Part shown: positions 43,876 to 52,287 of the stretch, one piece after another
How the letters are laid out: each line of letters opens with the position of its first letter
How positions within the stretch are numbered: the first letter of the stretch is position 1
Sequence record: PP418985.1
Source of the DNA: Escherichia phage UPWr_E1
Strand: one strand, 5' to 3'
Length of the DNA stretch: 64,000 nt
Translations under genes and position numbers: made by a program
The notes under the pieces: generated by a model
The model's database searches: none
Seen by the model: the letters and a program-made list of their open reading frames with translations, nothing else
What the model was told of the DNA's origin: nothing

Positions 43876-46419
43876 ATGTCTAACAAAATCAATGTATTAC
43901 ATCAAACAGAAGGTCCGGTTTATGGTTCCGTTGGTCGTCCACTTCTGTTAAAGATTGTTGTCAGTACAGCAGATTTTAAAGATTTTATAGCAGAATGGAA
44001 GCTGAACGGTGTAAATGTGCCAGCAGAACAAATTTCCGACGCGGATCAGTCTCTGTATATTGAGGAAATGCGAGAAAATCAATTTGGTACATATACATGT
44101 CACATTAAACTGAAAGACGAACCACAGGTCGGTGTAGATATTAAGCCTATTCTTGTACAGCGTAGATTTTTTATTGCACCGCAAGATCAGTCTCCGACGT
44201 ATATTAAAAAACGAATCGGCGAAGAATTAACCCTATTCGCAACACCAGCAATTGAACTAGGTCAACACCCAGAGTTTCAATGGTATCGAAATCATATTCC
44301 GGTAGAACCAGAAAAAATCGAGGACAACCGAACCGTTCATATTGCCCGTGTTGGTCTTATTGATTTTGGCAATTATACGTGTCGTGTTACTGTCCGTGGT
44401 GAACCAGCATCACAATATTGGATTAATCCAATTATTGTAGAAAAGAATGATACCCCTCCTGTAGTGCATCTTAGCGAAGAATATCCTAGCTCTATTACAG
44501 TAGCAGAGGATTCAGCGGTACATCTCAATGTACTTGTTACATCAGATGATAAAGTATCGCCTATTGAGTATACGTGGATTCATAACGGTAGGATTGTTAT
44601 CGAAGAAAACGGAAACTCTTTGGCAATTCCGCATATTCGAAAAGATCAGGAAGGTATCTGGCGTCTTGAGGTAAAACAAGGTGACACTACGGTGTATTCT
44701 AAAGATTGTCATATTGAGGTTGATAGTCAACCATTCTTTAGGATCACACGTCAACCGCAAACTCTTAACGTGTCTGGCGGTGCTTTGGGTTTATTCAGCG
44801 TTGATTATAGAACAAACTATTCACCTGTAAAGATCCAGTGGTATCGTAAAAAGAATACAGAACAGGAGTTTACACCAATTGTAGGTGAGACTAATAAAGA
44901 TCTTCATATTACACCAGCTACTACTGAATTAAACCGAGCACGCTACAAAGCTCGTATCACGTATGGCACAGACCAATACAGAGATTCAGAAGAAGCTGAA
45001 TTGCTAGTAGGTGAAGCATTAACTATTAGAATCACCAAACAACCACAAGCTCTACAAAACGTCCGAGTTTCTTCCTCACAGACGATCACTTGTGAAGCTG
45101 AAACAAACTATGAACATTATCGCTTAGATTATCAGTGGTATAAAGATAACGAATTAATGCCAGGCAAAACATCTAATGTATTGCACTTCTCATCAATCAA
45201 AAAGACAGATGAGGGGCAATATAAGTGTATTGCATCAATGGGTATTTCTGGTCATCGAATTACCGCAGAATCATCACCAGCACAGGTGACAGTAGACAAT
45301 TCAAAGGCATCACTGACTATCACTAAACAGCCAACTGGTGCAACAATTCGCACTGGTGGGTCGTGGTCTATTTCGGTCGAAGCAACATCAAACGATGCAC
45401 TACCGATTCGCTATCGCTGGTTTAAAGACGGCGAAGATCTATTCCCACAAGGCGTTGAACAAAAAAACGTTTACGGTGAAGACCATGCTCAACCTGATTC
45501 GACTGGTGTATATACTTGTCGCGTTTCGGTTGGTTTTGGTGATCACCGAGCGTCTCAAATGTCACATCCAGCAAGGGTGCTAATTAGCGATAATGTGGAA
45601 ATTGTGCCGAATGACTTACAGGTCACCGCACATCCTCATGATAATGACGTTAAGTATAATCAGCGTGTTATCTTAACAGCAAGATCTCAAAATAGCATCG
45701 GGTTAAAACCACATATTCAATGGAAAAAGGATGGTGTTGCTATTCCGGGTGCAAATTCAGAGACTTTAGTCATTGAGCACGCGAAACCATTGGATGCAGG
45801 GGTTTACACCGCAGATATTACCGCAGCAGAAAAAACGGTAACAACCAATCCGGCTACAGTTACTGTAGCAGAGCACAGCAATATTAATATCTTAAAACAT
45901 CCAGTGGATGTGGTTGCAAAAGAAGGACAAACCACCGACATTGTATTGGAAGCTCATGCGGAACATTCTGACGGTGAAACCGAAGTTAGTTATCAGTGGC
46001 ATAAAATTAAAGATGGCGTAGACACTGAAATAAGAGATGCAACAAATAAAACTTTAGTTATCCCTCATGCACAGATCAGCAAGCAAGCTCATCAAGCGAC
46101 CTATTACGCCGAGATAAAAGAAGAGAATGGACACGTTAAACATAGCGAAAAAGTTCGAGTGGTGTTTACTACCGCGAAATTAAAACGCTATGTTCACCCG
46201 ATCCCGTGGCGACGTACATCCTTCCAGTATCAAGGCTATTGGGTTATGGATGAGATTGATCGCTGTAATCGTGAAGGGCTTAACTGGCTTGAGGACTTTA
46301 CGCACACCAAATATCCAGAAGAGATCGAAACTATTGCTGCATCATTGCATCATTATTCAAATACTCATGTATTAGAATCTCGTAATGGTTATCTGGTTGA
46401 TGGTACTCAACTATTTTAA
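43876..46419 (+). CDS. hoc: Hoc-like capsid decoration protein with multiple Ig-like domains (long form)
   Basis: 847 aa; repeated I-set Ig-like units (W[YF]K[DN]G...Y.C); C-terminal capsid-binding-like YVHPIPWRRTSF domain shared with next gene. Confidence 0.65.
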   Translation: MSNKINVLHQTEGPVYGSVGRPLLLKIVVSTADFKDFIAEWKLNGVNVPAEQISDADQSLYIEEMRENQFGTYTCHIKLKDEPQVGVDIKPILVQRRFFIAPQDQSPTYIKKRIGEELTLFATPAIELGQHPEFQWYRNHIPVEPEKIEDNRTVHIARVGLIDFGNYTCRVTVRGEPASQYWINPIIVEKNDTPPVVHLSEEYPSSITVAEDSAVHLNVLVTSDDKVSPIEYTWIHNGRIVIEENGNSLAIPHIRKDQEGIWRLEVKQGDTTVYSKDCHIEVDSQPFFRITRQPQTLNVSGGALGLFSVDYRTNYSPVKIQWYRKKNTEQEFTPIVGETNKDLHITPATTELNRARYKARITYGTDQYRDSEEAELLVGEALTIRITKQPQALQNVRVSSSQTITCEAETNYEHYRLDYQWYKDNELMPGKTSNVLHFSSIKKTDEGQYKCIASMGISGHRITAESSPAQVTVDNSKASLTITKQPTGATIRTGGSWSISVEATSNDALPIRYRWFKDGEDLFPQGVEQKNVYGEDHAQPDSTGVYTCRVSVGFGDHRASQMSHPARVLISDNVEIVPNDLQVTAHPHDNDVKYNQRVILTARSQNSIGLKPHIQWKKDGVAIPGANSETLVIEHAKPLDAGVYTADITAAEKTVTTNPATVTVAEHSNINILKHPVDVVAKEGQTTDIVLEAHAEHSDGETEVSYQWHKIKDGVDTEIRDATNKTLVIPHAQISKQAHQATYYAEIKEENGHVKHSEKVRVVFTTAKLKRYVHPIPWRRTSFQYQGYWVMDEIDRCNREGLNWLEDFTHTKYPEEIETIAASLHHYSNTHVLESRNGYLVDGTQLF

Positions 46420-46426
46420 TATTATT

Positions 46427-46446
46427 GGTCGCCCTTCGGGGCGACC
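46427..46446 (+). other. UUCG-tetraloop RNA hairpin between the two hoc-like genes
   Basis: ggtcgccc-ttcg-gggcgacc; no clear T-run. Confidence 0.35.
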
Positions 46447-46463
46447 TTAACGGAGTTATTTTT

Positions 46464-47696
46464 ATGGCATTTACAGTAGCACTAAAATCAAATAAAAAAT
46501 GTTTCCTTGCTGGCGATACATTTAAATTAACGGCTACATTAGCTGGGGTGGAAGATGGTCCGGTCCCATCAAATGTTACCTATGCATGGACTAAAAATGA
46601 TCAGCCAATTGAAAATGAATCAAATGTATTAACGGTCTCTAACGCAACAGCCGAGAGCGCCGGAAAATATAAAGTATCCGTTACTGACACAGACACACAA
46701 GAAGTGGTAGAATCTGCGGTTGTGTCAATGGCAGAAGCAGAATTAGTAGTTAAAATTAATCATCCATCTAGCTACGTCGCATTCGATGAGGCGGTAGAAT
46801 TAACAACTACGGTTTCATATTCAACCGGATTTGCACCGTCTAGCAATTACCAGTTGCATTATAAATGGGAACAAGATCAAACAAATTTAAACCATAGCGA
46901 AAGCACATTATCGATCAGCAACTTCGTCGATGACAACAATGGCGTTTATAAGGTTACTGTATGGGGCGAGTCAGAAACATCAGCGGACAGCGCCAGTGTT
47001 AAACTTGCAGCAATCTCTATATCTGTAGTTGAAGATGTACCACTGGCAAAAACCGTCGCAATGGGTAAACCGATCACACTACCTTATCGCACGATGGGTG
47101 TTTCTATCGGTGACACGTCAGGTCTTCCGGCATTATCAACTAAACAGTCATGGTATTTGCAGCGAGAAGGACAACCGCGCCCGACACTGATCGGGAGTGA
47201 GGTTGGGGAGGCATTGGAAGGGTTTTCTATCATGCCTAACGGCTATTTGCACAAAGAAGCTGCAACAATGGACGACACCGCTAACTTTTGGTGTATCGTA
47301 GAGTTGCTTCAAGAAATTGACGGGCAGCCAGTACCAATCGAAGAAAAAGGTAGCTCTCATTGCGCACTGGAAGTTGTAGAATCACTTCATAAGATGTTCC
47401 GGTATGTGCACCCGATCCCGTGGCGCAAAACTTCGTTTATCTATATTGGATGGTGGGTATTCGACGAGATCGTTAAATTCAATGAGGCAGGGTTAGAATG
47501 GAGAAACCGTGAAGTTTACGAGGATAGCAAATATGCAAGCGACATCGAGACGATCGCGGCAGCGGAAGAAAAATATAGTGATTGCACTTGCATGGAATCT
47601 CGCAATGGTTTCATGTATCAGTCCAAAGAGTTCCATAAACTGGACCGAGAGACATTAGAGCGTGTCCTGCGCATTCGTGAAACGCCTCCTGCTTAA
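46464..47696 (+). CDS. Second Hoc-like protein (short form)
   Basis: 410 aa from MAFTVAL; Ig-like repeats plus the same C-terminal YVHPIPWRKTSF domain. Confidence 0.6.
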   Translation: MAFTVALKSNKKCFLAGDTFKLTATLAGVEDGPVPSNVTYAWTKNDQPIENESNVLTVSNATAESAGKYKVSVTDTDTQEVVESAVVSMAEAELVVKINHPSSYVAFDEAVELTTTVSYSTGFAPSSNYQLHYKWEQDQTNLNHSESTLSISNFVDDNNGVYKVTVWGESETSADSASVKLAAISISVVEDVPLAKTVAMGKPITLPYRTMGVSIGDTSGLPALSTKQSWYLQREGQPRPTLIGSEVGEALEGFSIMPNGYLHKEAATMDDTANFWCIVELLQEIDGQPVPIEEKGSSHCALEVVESLHKMFRYVHPIPWRKTSFIYIGWWVFDEIVKFNEAGLEWRNREVYEDSKYASDIETIAAAEEKYSDCTCMESRNGFMYQSKEFHKLDRETLERVLRIRETPPA

Positions 47697-47707
47697 TGAA
47701 ATCTATC

Positions 47708-47732
47708 AGCCATCCTTCGGGGTGGCTTTTTT
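47708..47732 (+). terminator. Rho-independent terminator
   Basis: agccatcc-ttcg-gggtggc followed by tttttt. Confidence 0.6.
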
Positions 47733-47743
47733 GTTTTTAGTGC

Positions 47744-47771
47744 TTGACAGTGTGATTTAGTGGCTTATAAT
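47744..47771 (+). promoter_or_regulatory. Early promoter
   Basis: TTGACA-16-TATAAT. Confidence 0.5.
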
Positions 47772-47811
47772 GACACACATCAACAGGGCGTTACCCTATG
47801 AGGAAAATATT

Positions 47812-47883
47812 ATGAATATGGGGTTGAAAATGGCTTTAATAACTGTTACTGTCCTATTCGTTGTTGTGTTTATGAATGTATGA
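47812..47883 (+). CDS. Tiny hydrophobic peptide, 23 aa
   Basis: RBS gaggaaaa; MNMGLKMALITVTVLFVVVFMNV. Confidence 0.25.
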   Translation: MNMGLKMALITVTVLFVVVFMNV

Positions 47884-47891
47884 GGTGAAGT

Positions 47892-48089
47892 ATGAATGAG
47901 ATTGTACGATTGATCAAAGAAACACCAATCGAGATGTATTTTCTGGCTTTGGTTGCAACAATGGTCTATCAGCTAGTCGCATGTCATGTATGGAAATCAG
48001 AAAATGCGTTTATCCGGTTTTTTGGTACTGTCATGATCCAGTTTCCGGTACTGATCACTATCCTGTTAATCGTCAATGAGGCGAAGTAA
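47892..48089 (+). CDS. Small membrane protein, 65 aa
   Basis: RBS gaggtgaag; two hydrophobic segments. Confidence 0.5.
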   Translation: MNEIVRLIKETPIEMYFLALVATMVYQLVACHVWKSENAFIRFFGTVMIQFPVLITILLIVNEAK

Positions 48090-48364
48090 TGGACAAGAAA
48101 ACAGCGTTAATGGTTTACATGCTACGCGAAGACCACGGTCTTAATTTTGTTGATATTGCTAAAAAGATTGGCGGGTTCAGCGGACAAGATGCGGCTAAGG
48201 CATGGTTGATGGTAAAAGATGCACGAGAGGCTTACGCCAACCGTGAAAAGGTTGTTTATCGTAAACACCACATCAACAAAAAATTTAAAAATAAAGTTCA
48301 AAAACGTGTTGACAAGCCAAATAACACTGTTATAATGGACGCATTCAAACGGGCAATGTCCTGA
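48089..48364 (+). CDS. Small basic protein, possible helix-turn-helix DNA-binding protein
   Basis: 91 aa; LNFVDIAKKIGGFSGQDAAKAW segment; lysine-rich C-terminus. Confidence 0.4.
   Translation: MDKKTALMVYMLREDHGLNFVDIAKKIGGFSGQDAAKAWLMVKDAREAYANREKVVYRKHHINKKFKNKVQKRVDKPNNTVIMDAFKRAMS
48309..48336 (+). promoter_or_regulatory. Early promoter inside 3' end of upstream ORF
   Basis: TTGACA-16-TATAAT. Confidence 0.45.
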
Positions 48365-48410
48365 TTTGTAATTAATATTCTGAATAACTAATCAATAGAG
48401 GTGACTAATT

Positions 48411-48848
48411 ATGAAATTCCGCAAAAACCACGTAGCAATGAAAAAAGCAATGTTTGAAGCATTCAAAGCAGTTGATCAGGGCGGTGTTACTCTGATTGAG
48501 CAAATTAATGTTGATGTTTGGCAGTCTCCGGCGATCACTTGCTCACGTCTGGCGACGGCTGGTCTTCTGAATGTTCACAGCTCTACAGCATACGACGAAG
48601 CATTGCAAGTTATTAAGGCTTTCGCTGGCGACGTTACCAGCAAGTGGGTCTATGAGAATAAAGGTGAAATTGCGGTTGCTCACGTAGGCAACAATATCCA
48701 GATGGAAATCAAGATTAAGGAAGGGTCTAAACGCAATCAGATGCTTGTTCGCTTCCAGCCATACAAAACTAACGTAGTGCCGGATGATCTGGTCATCTCT
48801 AAGAGTAATGTTACCATTCGCCGAAATCAGATCGTTATCAACAAATAA
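48411..48848 (+). CDS. Hypothetical protein, 145 aa
   Basis: ORF with RBS agaggtga. Confidence 0.55.
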   Translation: MKFRKNHVAMKKAMFEAFKAVDQGGVTLIEQINVDVWQSPAITCSRLATAGLLNVHSSTAYDEALQVIKAFAGDVTSKWVYENKGEIAVAHVGNNIQMEIKIKEGSKRNQMLVRFQPYKTNVVPDDLVISKSNVTIRRNQIVINK

Positions 48849-48857
48849 TTAACATTA

Positions 48858-48881
48858 GCCGTCCTTCGGGGCGGCTTTTTT
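48858..48881 (+). terminator. Rho-independent terminator
   Basis: gccgtcc-ttcg-gggcggc followed by tttttt. Confidence 0.6.
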
Positions 48882-48934
48882 GTATATATCATTAACATAA
48901 TTTTAGTTTACATATGCACATTATTAATACAGTT

Positions 48935-48960
48935 TGATTAAATTATGATCAAAACGAAGA
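48935..48960. repeat. 26-bp direct repeat, copy 1, in AT-rich intergenic region
   Basis: tgattaaattatgatcaaaacgaaga; same 26-mer at 49084. Confidence 0.7.
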
Positions 48961-49083
48961 AAGATCTTTAGAACATAGAAAATGTATCTTTGATTAATTA
49001 TTAATCACCACATATTGTAACGCAAATGTTATACTCCGTAGGAGTTCGCGAAGCGATATCCTTTTGTGTAGTTTTTACATATA

Positions 49084-49109
49084 TGATTAAATTATGATCA
49101 AAACGAAGA
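49084..49109. repeat. 26-bp direct repeat, copy 2
   Basis: Identical 26-mer; flanks also similar (tttacatat). Confidence 0.7.
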
Positions 49110-49262
49110 CTTATCTTATAGAATAATAAAAATTTGTTTCGAACATTTATTAATCAATTACTAGAAGTGTTTTATTGCTCGCTGTGCTCGCTTCCGCTAC
49201 GCGGATACTTGTATTTGTTATTAACTTGTAGTATGATATTGCTTTCTATGGAGGAAAATATT

Positions 49263-49850
49263 ATGTTTGACCAGTTACAAGATCTATTTGGAGTAAAACC
49301 ACTTCGTAGATGTGCTTTAATCGGCTCTAGAAAAGCGCCTAGCGACATTTTGATAATGGCTAGTACCATTGGGAGGGTATTGTCAGAAAATCGCGTTGTA
49401 GCGCATTCTGGAGGGGCTTACGGTATGGACAATGCTTTCATGAAGTATTACGATCCAGATTATAGAAAAATTTTCATTCCAAATTGGAAGTTTTATGACC
49501 ACAAGCATAACGGTCATGATGTGATTGCATGGCAAACCTTAGAACAAAAGAATCTGGCGATGGATGAATTAGAACACGTTTATGATAATCCTCGTTCTAT
49601 ACCGTTATACATGCAAAATTTATTTTCTAGAAATGTTGCTCAAGTCTTAGGTGAGACACTTGATGATCCTGTAGATTGTGTGTTATTCTGGGCGAAAGAA
49701 GTTAATGGAATCGTTTCGGGAGGAACTCGAATTGCTGTTTATGTTGCCCGTAGACATGGGATACCATGTTTTAACTTATATCATCAAGAAAATAGATCCG
49801 CCGTCGAAAAAATCTTGGGCGGATCTGATTTGTCTTGGTTAGATATTTAG
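49263..49850 (+). CDS. DprA/Smf-like Rossmann-fold protein
   Basis: 195 aa from ATG after RBS ggagga; ALIGSRKAP..VAHSGGAYGMD and NLFSRNV..SGGTRIAV match DprA core motifs. Confidence 0.45.
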   Translation: MFDQLQDLFGVKPLRRCALIGSRKAPSDILIMASTIGRVLSENRVVAHSGGAYGMDNAFMKYYDPDYRKIFIPNWKFYDHKHNGHDVIAWQTLEQKNLAMDELEHVYDNPRSIPLYMQNLFSRNVAQVLGETLDDPVDCVLFWAKEVNGIVSGGTRIAVYVARRHGIPCFNLYHQENRSAVEKILGGSDLSWLDI

Positions 49851-51092
49851 TTAAGCGTTGTCAATCTCAAGTGGTGGCAGTTCGATTCCTAAAATGTAGG
49901 ACATTTCAGAGCGTCCAGCCATTTTACCCCAATCGTCACCCTTGATGATCTGGTGTTCTTCCTGATCAACTTTTGATGTATATGGGTTGACAGAGAGTGA
50001 ATAACGATTCATAATAGCTACATGATGCTGGAAGCTATTAGGATCAATTACGCTCTTATACGCGCCAGCGCCATCGGCTTCTGTGTATGGGGAGTAGAAC
50101 AGCGAACCTACGCTCTCCATATCACCGATCATGTGCTTACAGCCAACTAGCATATAATCGAACGGCGTTACCGTGTCTGCGTACACTTCCAGACCGCAAC
50201 GTAGACGTCCTTCGCTTAGAGCGTTGTCGGTTTCTTCCATCCATCCGGTAGACTGCAACAGACCAACTACGCGAGAAGATGCTAAAACGTATGTGCCAGC
50301 AAAGGAGGAAGTACGCAACATTTGATTGCTCATTTCGCAAGCATAGCGGTAAAGTTCACGAGCTTGTTTTGGTGCATCCTGAACGCCAACGAGAGAAAGT
50401 ACACCATCAGTGGTGATTCCTTTAATTTTATAGCGAGTTGATACAGTGATCAACTTCTGCATAATATCTTTGTTGATCTCTTCGGAAGCGACAGTAGCCA
50501 GAAGGTCGATCACAGAATTTTCAGAATTGATTTGGCTTGCCTCAAGATCCTGCATTAATTCAGTGGTGAACGAGGTTTTCAGTTTACGAGAACCTACATT
50601 AACTTGCCACTTGTCAAACTGCATAGAGGTAGACGCAATTTCGGTGTTTTTATCTTCAAAGTATTCTACCGATGCACAATCGCTATAGAAACGAATTTTG
50701 TTTGTCATTACGCCTTTAAAGATCGCAGCTTCTGGAGTTGCGGAATCTTCGCTAACTCGACCAGCAACAACAGCTTGATAAACTACGTCGCCAGATTTAA
50801 ACAGATCACCGATCTTGTATTCTTTTTCCTGTGAAAATTCTTCGATCTCTGTACGATCACCAGCCGCGCCACCGTAGGTTGCAGCAGTTCGGAAAGTCAT
50901 CTGACCATCACGATTAAGATAACGTAGGCCGTACAATGCAGATACTGGTTGATCCGTTGGCTGGATTGCTACCAGATCAGAGAAAATCAGGTTGTTTACC
51001 GCGCGAGTTAATGATAATAGTTGCGGTCGCGCTGTCTGGTTAGCTACTGAGGAAGTAGATTCCCGCAACAGTTCAGTAAAAATATGAGTCAT
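49851..51092 (-). CDS. 24: Head vertex protein gp24
   Basis: 413 aa from MTHIFTELL; gp23-like capsid fold; position downstream of gene 23. Confidence 0.75.
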   Translation of the reverse strand: MTHIFTELLRESTSSVANQTARPQLLSLTRAVNNLIFSDLVAIQPTDQPVSALYGLRYLNRDGQMTFRTAATYGGAAGDRTEIEEFSQEKEYKIGDLFKSGDVVYQAVVAGRVSEDSATPEAAIFKGVMTNKIRFYSDCASVEYFEDKNTEIASTSMQFDKWQVNVGSRKLKTSFTTELMQDLEASQINSENSVIDLLATVASEEINKDIMQKLITVSTRYKIKGITTDGVLSLVGVQDAPKQARELYRYACEMSNQMLRTSSFAGTYVLASSRVVGLLQSTGWMEETDNALSEGRLRCGLEVYADTVTPFDYMLVGCKHMIGDMESVGSLFYSPYTEADGAGAYKSVIDPNSFQHHVAIMNRYSLSVNPYTSKVDQEEHQIIKGDDWGKMAGRSEMSYILGIELPPLEIDNA

Positions 51093-51129
51093 GTTTATGA
51101 ATCCTGTATTTGCCTTAATGGATATATCA

Positions 51130-51137
51130 TATTTATA
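51130..51137 (-). promoter_or_regulatory. Late promoter TATAAATA for gene 24
   Basis: Plus-strand tatttata about 40 nt upstream of the gene 24 start. Confidence 0.55.
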
Positions 51138-51140
51138 CAA

Positions 51141-51168
51141 AAAGAAAAGGGAATCCCGAAGGATTCCC
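51141..51168 (-). terminator. Rho-independent terminator (minus strand)
   Basis: gggaatcc-ttcg-ggattccc followed by tttt on the minus strand. Confidence 0.6.
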
Positions 51169-51176
51169 AAATAAAA

Positions 51177-51329
51177 TTACTTCTTCCTAGAAACATTATC
51201 AACGCTACGGTTAACTTTGTTTACAAGATTAATTGCATGATCAGAACGAATAATTGCATAAGCTAATGCTAACATCAATTCGTCGTATTCCTTACGAGTC
51301 ATAACATAGCTGTTTTCTTTCTTACTCAT
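51177..51329 (-). CDS. Hypothetical small protein, 50 aa
   Basis: Strong RBS AAGGAGG; MSKKENSYVMTRKEYDEL...; below track cutoff. Confidence 0.4.
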   Translation of the reverse strand: MSKKENSYVMTRKEYDELMLALAYAIIRSDHAINLVNKVNRSVDNVSRKK

Positions 51330-51339
51330 GCATTCCTCC

Positions 51340-52272
51340 TTATGGAGAATTTGGGGTTAATTCAGGGAACAGCGTGCCAAAACCAAAATTACCGCTAGCG
51401 TCACGCTGGAATGTCATAACAAGGTCGACATAAACCGGATCTGTAAATCTATCAAATCTATCCGACCCAATATCAACCATGAACGCTAATTTAATCTCAT
51501 TAGAATTTGAGATCGCAGCGTCAGCACATGCACCAAAAATTACCTGAGTATCTTTTGCCGTATATGCATTGACCTGTATGTTGGTTGGTTTCATTACATC
51601 GTTAGACAAACCAGATAGTTCTACTCGTCCATTAAATGACGCCAGACTTTGACCACCGCCTAGATAATGAATATGACCACCTTGTGAAGATTGTGTCCAG
51701 TCCATTAGCATAACCTTAAATCTAGCCTCAAAACGCCCTTCCACGTAATATCGACCAGTTTCAAAGTTTTGTCTAATTGGTGTCCATGTGATGTGTGGTT
51801 TTCCGCTTACAGGATCGACAAGAGTCACACCTACGGCTGGCTTAATACTGACACTATCAAATGAACGTGATAGCCAATTCCATGTTTGATTGTCTAGGTT
51901 TGGCAATTGTGGAATATTCAATCCATCTAATCGGCTGTGTGCTCGTGCTGCTTCCGATTCTGCGGTAGTCGCTTTAGTCAGTGCATCAGTTGCTTTGCTC
52001 ATGGATTGCCCTGCCGTTCGATCGGCAACATCAGCAGTTGATTTTGCAATCTCTGCCGTTCGATGTGCTGAACTTGCTGTTTCTGTTATTACGTCATCGC
52101 ACGCAATAACAAAATCAATTACAGGATCGATCAATTGAGTGTTGATTGAGTTGGAAATTCGTTCAACATCACTTTCCATTAGAGCATTAGATTCATTTCC
52201 TGTGAAATGAGTAATTTCACCTTGAACAAAATCATTTTGCAACTTGCTGATCTTTGCTTTAATATCGGTCAT
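51340..52272 (-). CDS. Fiber-like protein (helical N-terminus, beta-rich C-terminal domain)
   Basis: 310 aa; Ala/Thr-rich helical N-terminal third then globular domain; RBS GGGTGA. Confidence 0.55.
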   Translation of the reverse strand: MTDIKAKISKLQNDFVQGEITHFTGNESNALMESDVERISNSINTQLIDPVIDFVIACDDVITETASSAHRTAEIAKSTADVADRTAGQSMSKATDALTKATTAESEAARAHSRLDGLNIPQLPNLDNQTWNWLSRSFDSVSIKPAVGVTLVDPVSGKPHITWTPIRQNFETGRYYVEGRFEARFKVMLMDWTQSSQGGHIHYLGGGQSLASFNGRVELSGLSNDVMKPTNIQVNAYTAKDTQVIFGACADAAISNSNEIKLAFMVDIGSDRFDRFTDPVYVDLVMTFQRDASGNFGFGTLFPELTPNSP

Positions 52273-52287
52273 GAATCACCCCGCTAA

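Noticed and set aside
43876-47696. Repeated segments in the hoc-like genes considered as nucleotide tandem repeats
   Set aside because: Repetition is at the protein-domain level (divergent Ig-like units), not near-identical DNA repeats.
48882-49262. Possible tRNA or other structured RNA gene in AT-rich intergenic regions (also 26394-26606)
   Set aside because: No cloverleaf with a GTTCRANYC T-loop could be found by eye; needs a covariance-model search.
49134-49262. Upstream extension of the DprA-like ORF from the track start at 49134
   Set aside because: The extension runs through the AT-rich repeat region with no RBS; the ATG at 49263 has a GGAGG RBS and is the likely start.
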